A stretch of DNA of 50,203 nucleotides, counting the filler, from Bipalium vagum (taxonomy: Eukaryota), in assembly GCA_037834085.1 (NCBI GenBank). It is 3 parts of 3 records of this genome, joined end to end, with 100 filler letters (N's around TTAATTAATTAA, not from the genome) between each part and the next. Parts side by side here need not be neighbours in the genome. Positions count along the whole stretch, not along the records: positions 33,008 to 50,203 come from JBBMKC010074953.1; 2 more parts are not named here. One strand, 5' to 3'. The translations under genes and the position numbers were made by a program. Numbering within the stretch: the stretch's first letter is position 1; every line of letters starts with the position of its first letter. Below the pieces are notes generated by a model. It was not told the DNA's origin. It saw nothing but the letters and a program-made list of their open reading frames with translations, and ran no database searches. Below are positions 50,068 through 50,203 of the stretch, in pieces.

Positions 50068-50070
<3 letters not shown>

Positions 50071-50121
<51 letters not shown>
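50071..50121. repeat. (TTA)n microsatellite preceded by (T)nC run
   Basis: Direct reading. Confidence 0.95.
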
Positions 50122-50123
<2 letters not shown>

Positions 50124-50203
50124 TAATACTCGTTTCAAAACTGAATCGACTAGTTTAAGCACGCAACAGACACTGCGATACAATGGTTATCAGTTTTTGG
50201 TTT

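Overview
Very AT-rich animal genomic DNA made of three contigs joined by artificial 100-bp spacers (44N-TTAATTAATTAA-44N at 15706-15805 and 32908-33007). Introns fall into a tight 41-50 nt class plus kb-sized, TE-filled ones. A protocadherin-type domain and this intron profile suggest a lophotrochozoan such as a flatworm (inference only). Host genes were reconstructed by hand from phase-consistent GT-AG splicing. They are: (1) a 6+ exon gene for an unrecognised, probably nuclear protein (1121-12118, +); (2) two protocadherin-like exons (24451-24889, +); (3) a complete spliceosomal cyclophilin H gene, PPIH (40997-42240, +); and (4) a candidate micro-exon gene on the minus strand (40168->38022), invisible to ORF finders. 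In gene 4, a signal-peptide exon is followed by 10-, 3-, 11- and 7-nt exons, giving a 42-aa putative secreted peptide head-to-head with PPIH. The third contig also carries a decayed Maverick/Polinton (adintovirus-like) segment with ZnF-PLA2-integrase, pX-like core protein and adenain-like protease, plus a second deleted copy. The rest is a graveyard of Tc1/mariner, pogo, piggyBac, hAT, Ty3/gypsy and RLE-type LINE remnants and (AAT)n microsatellites.
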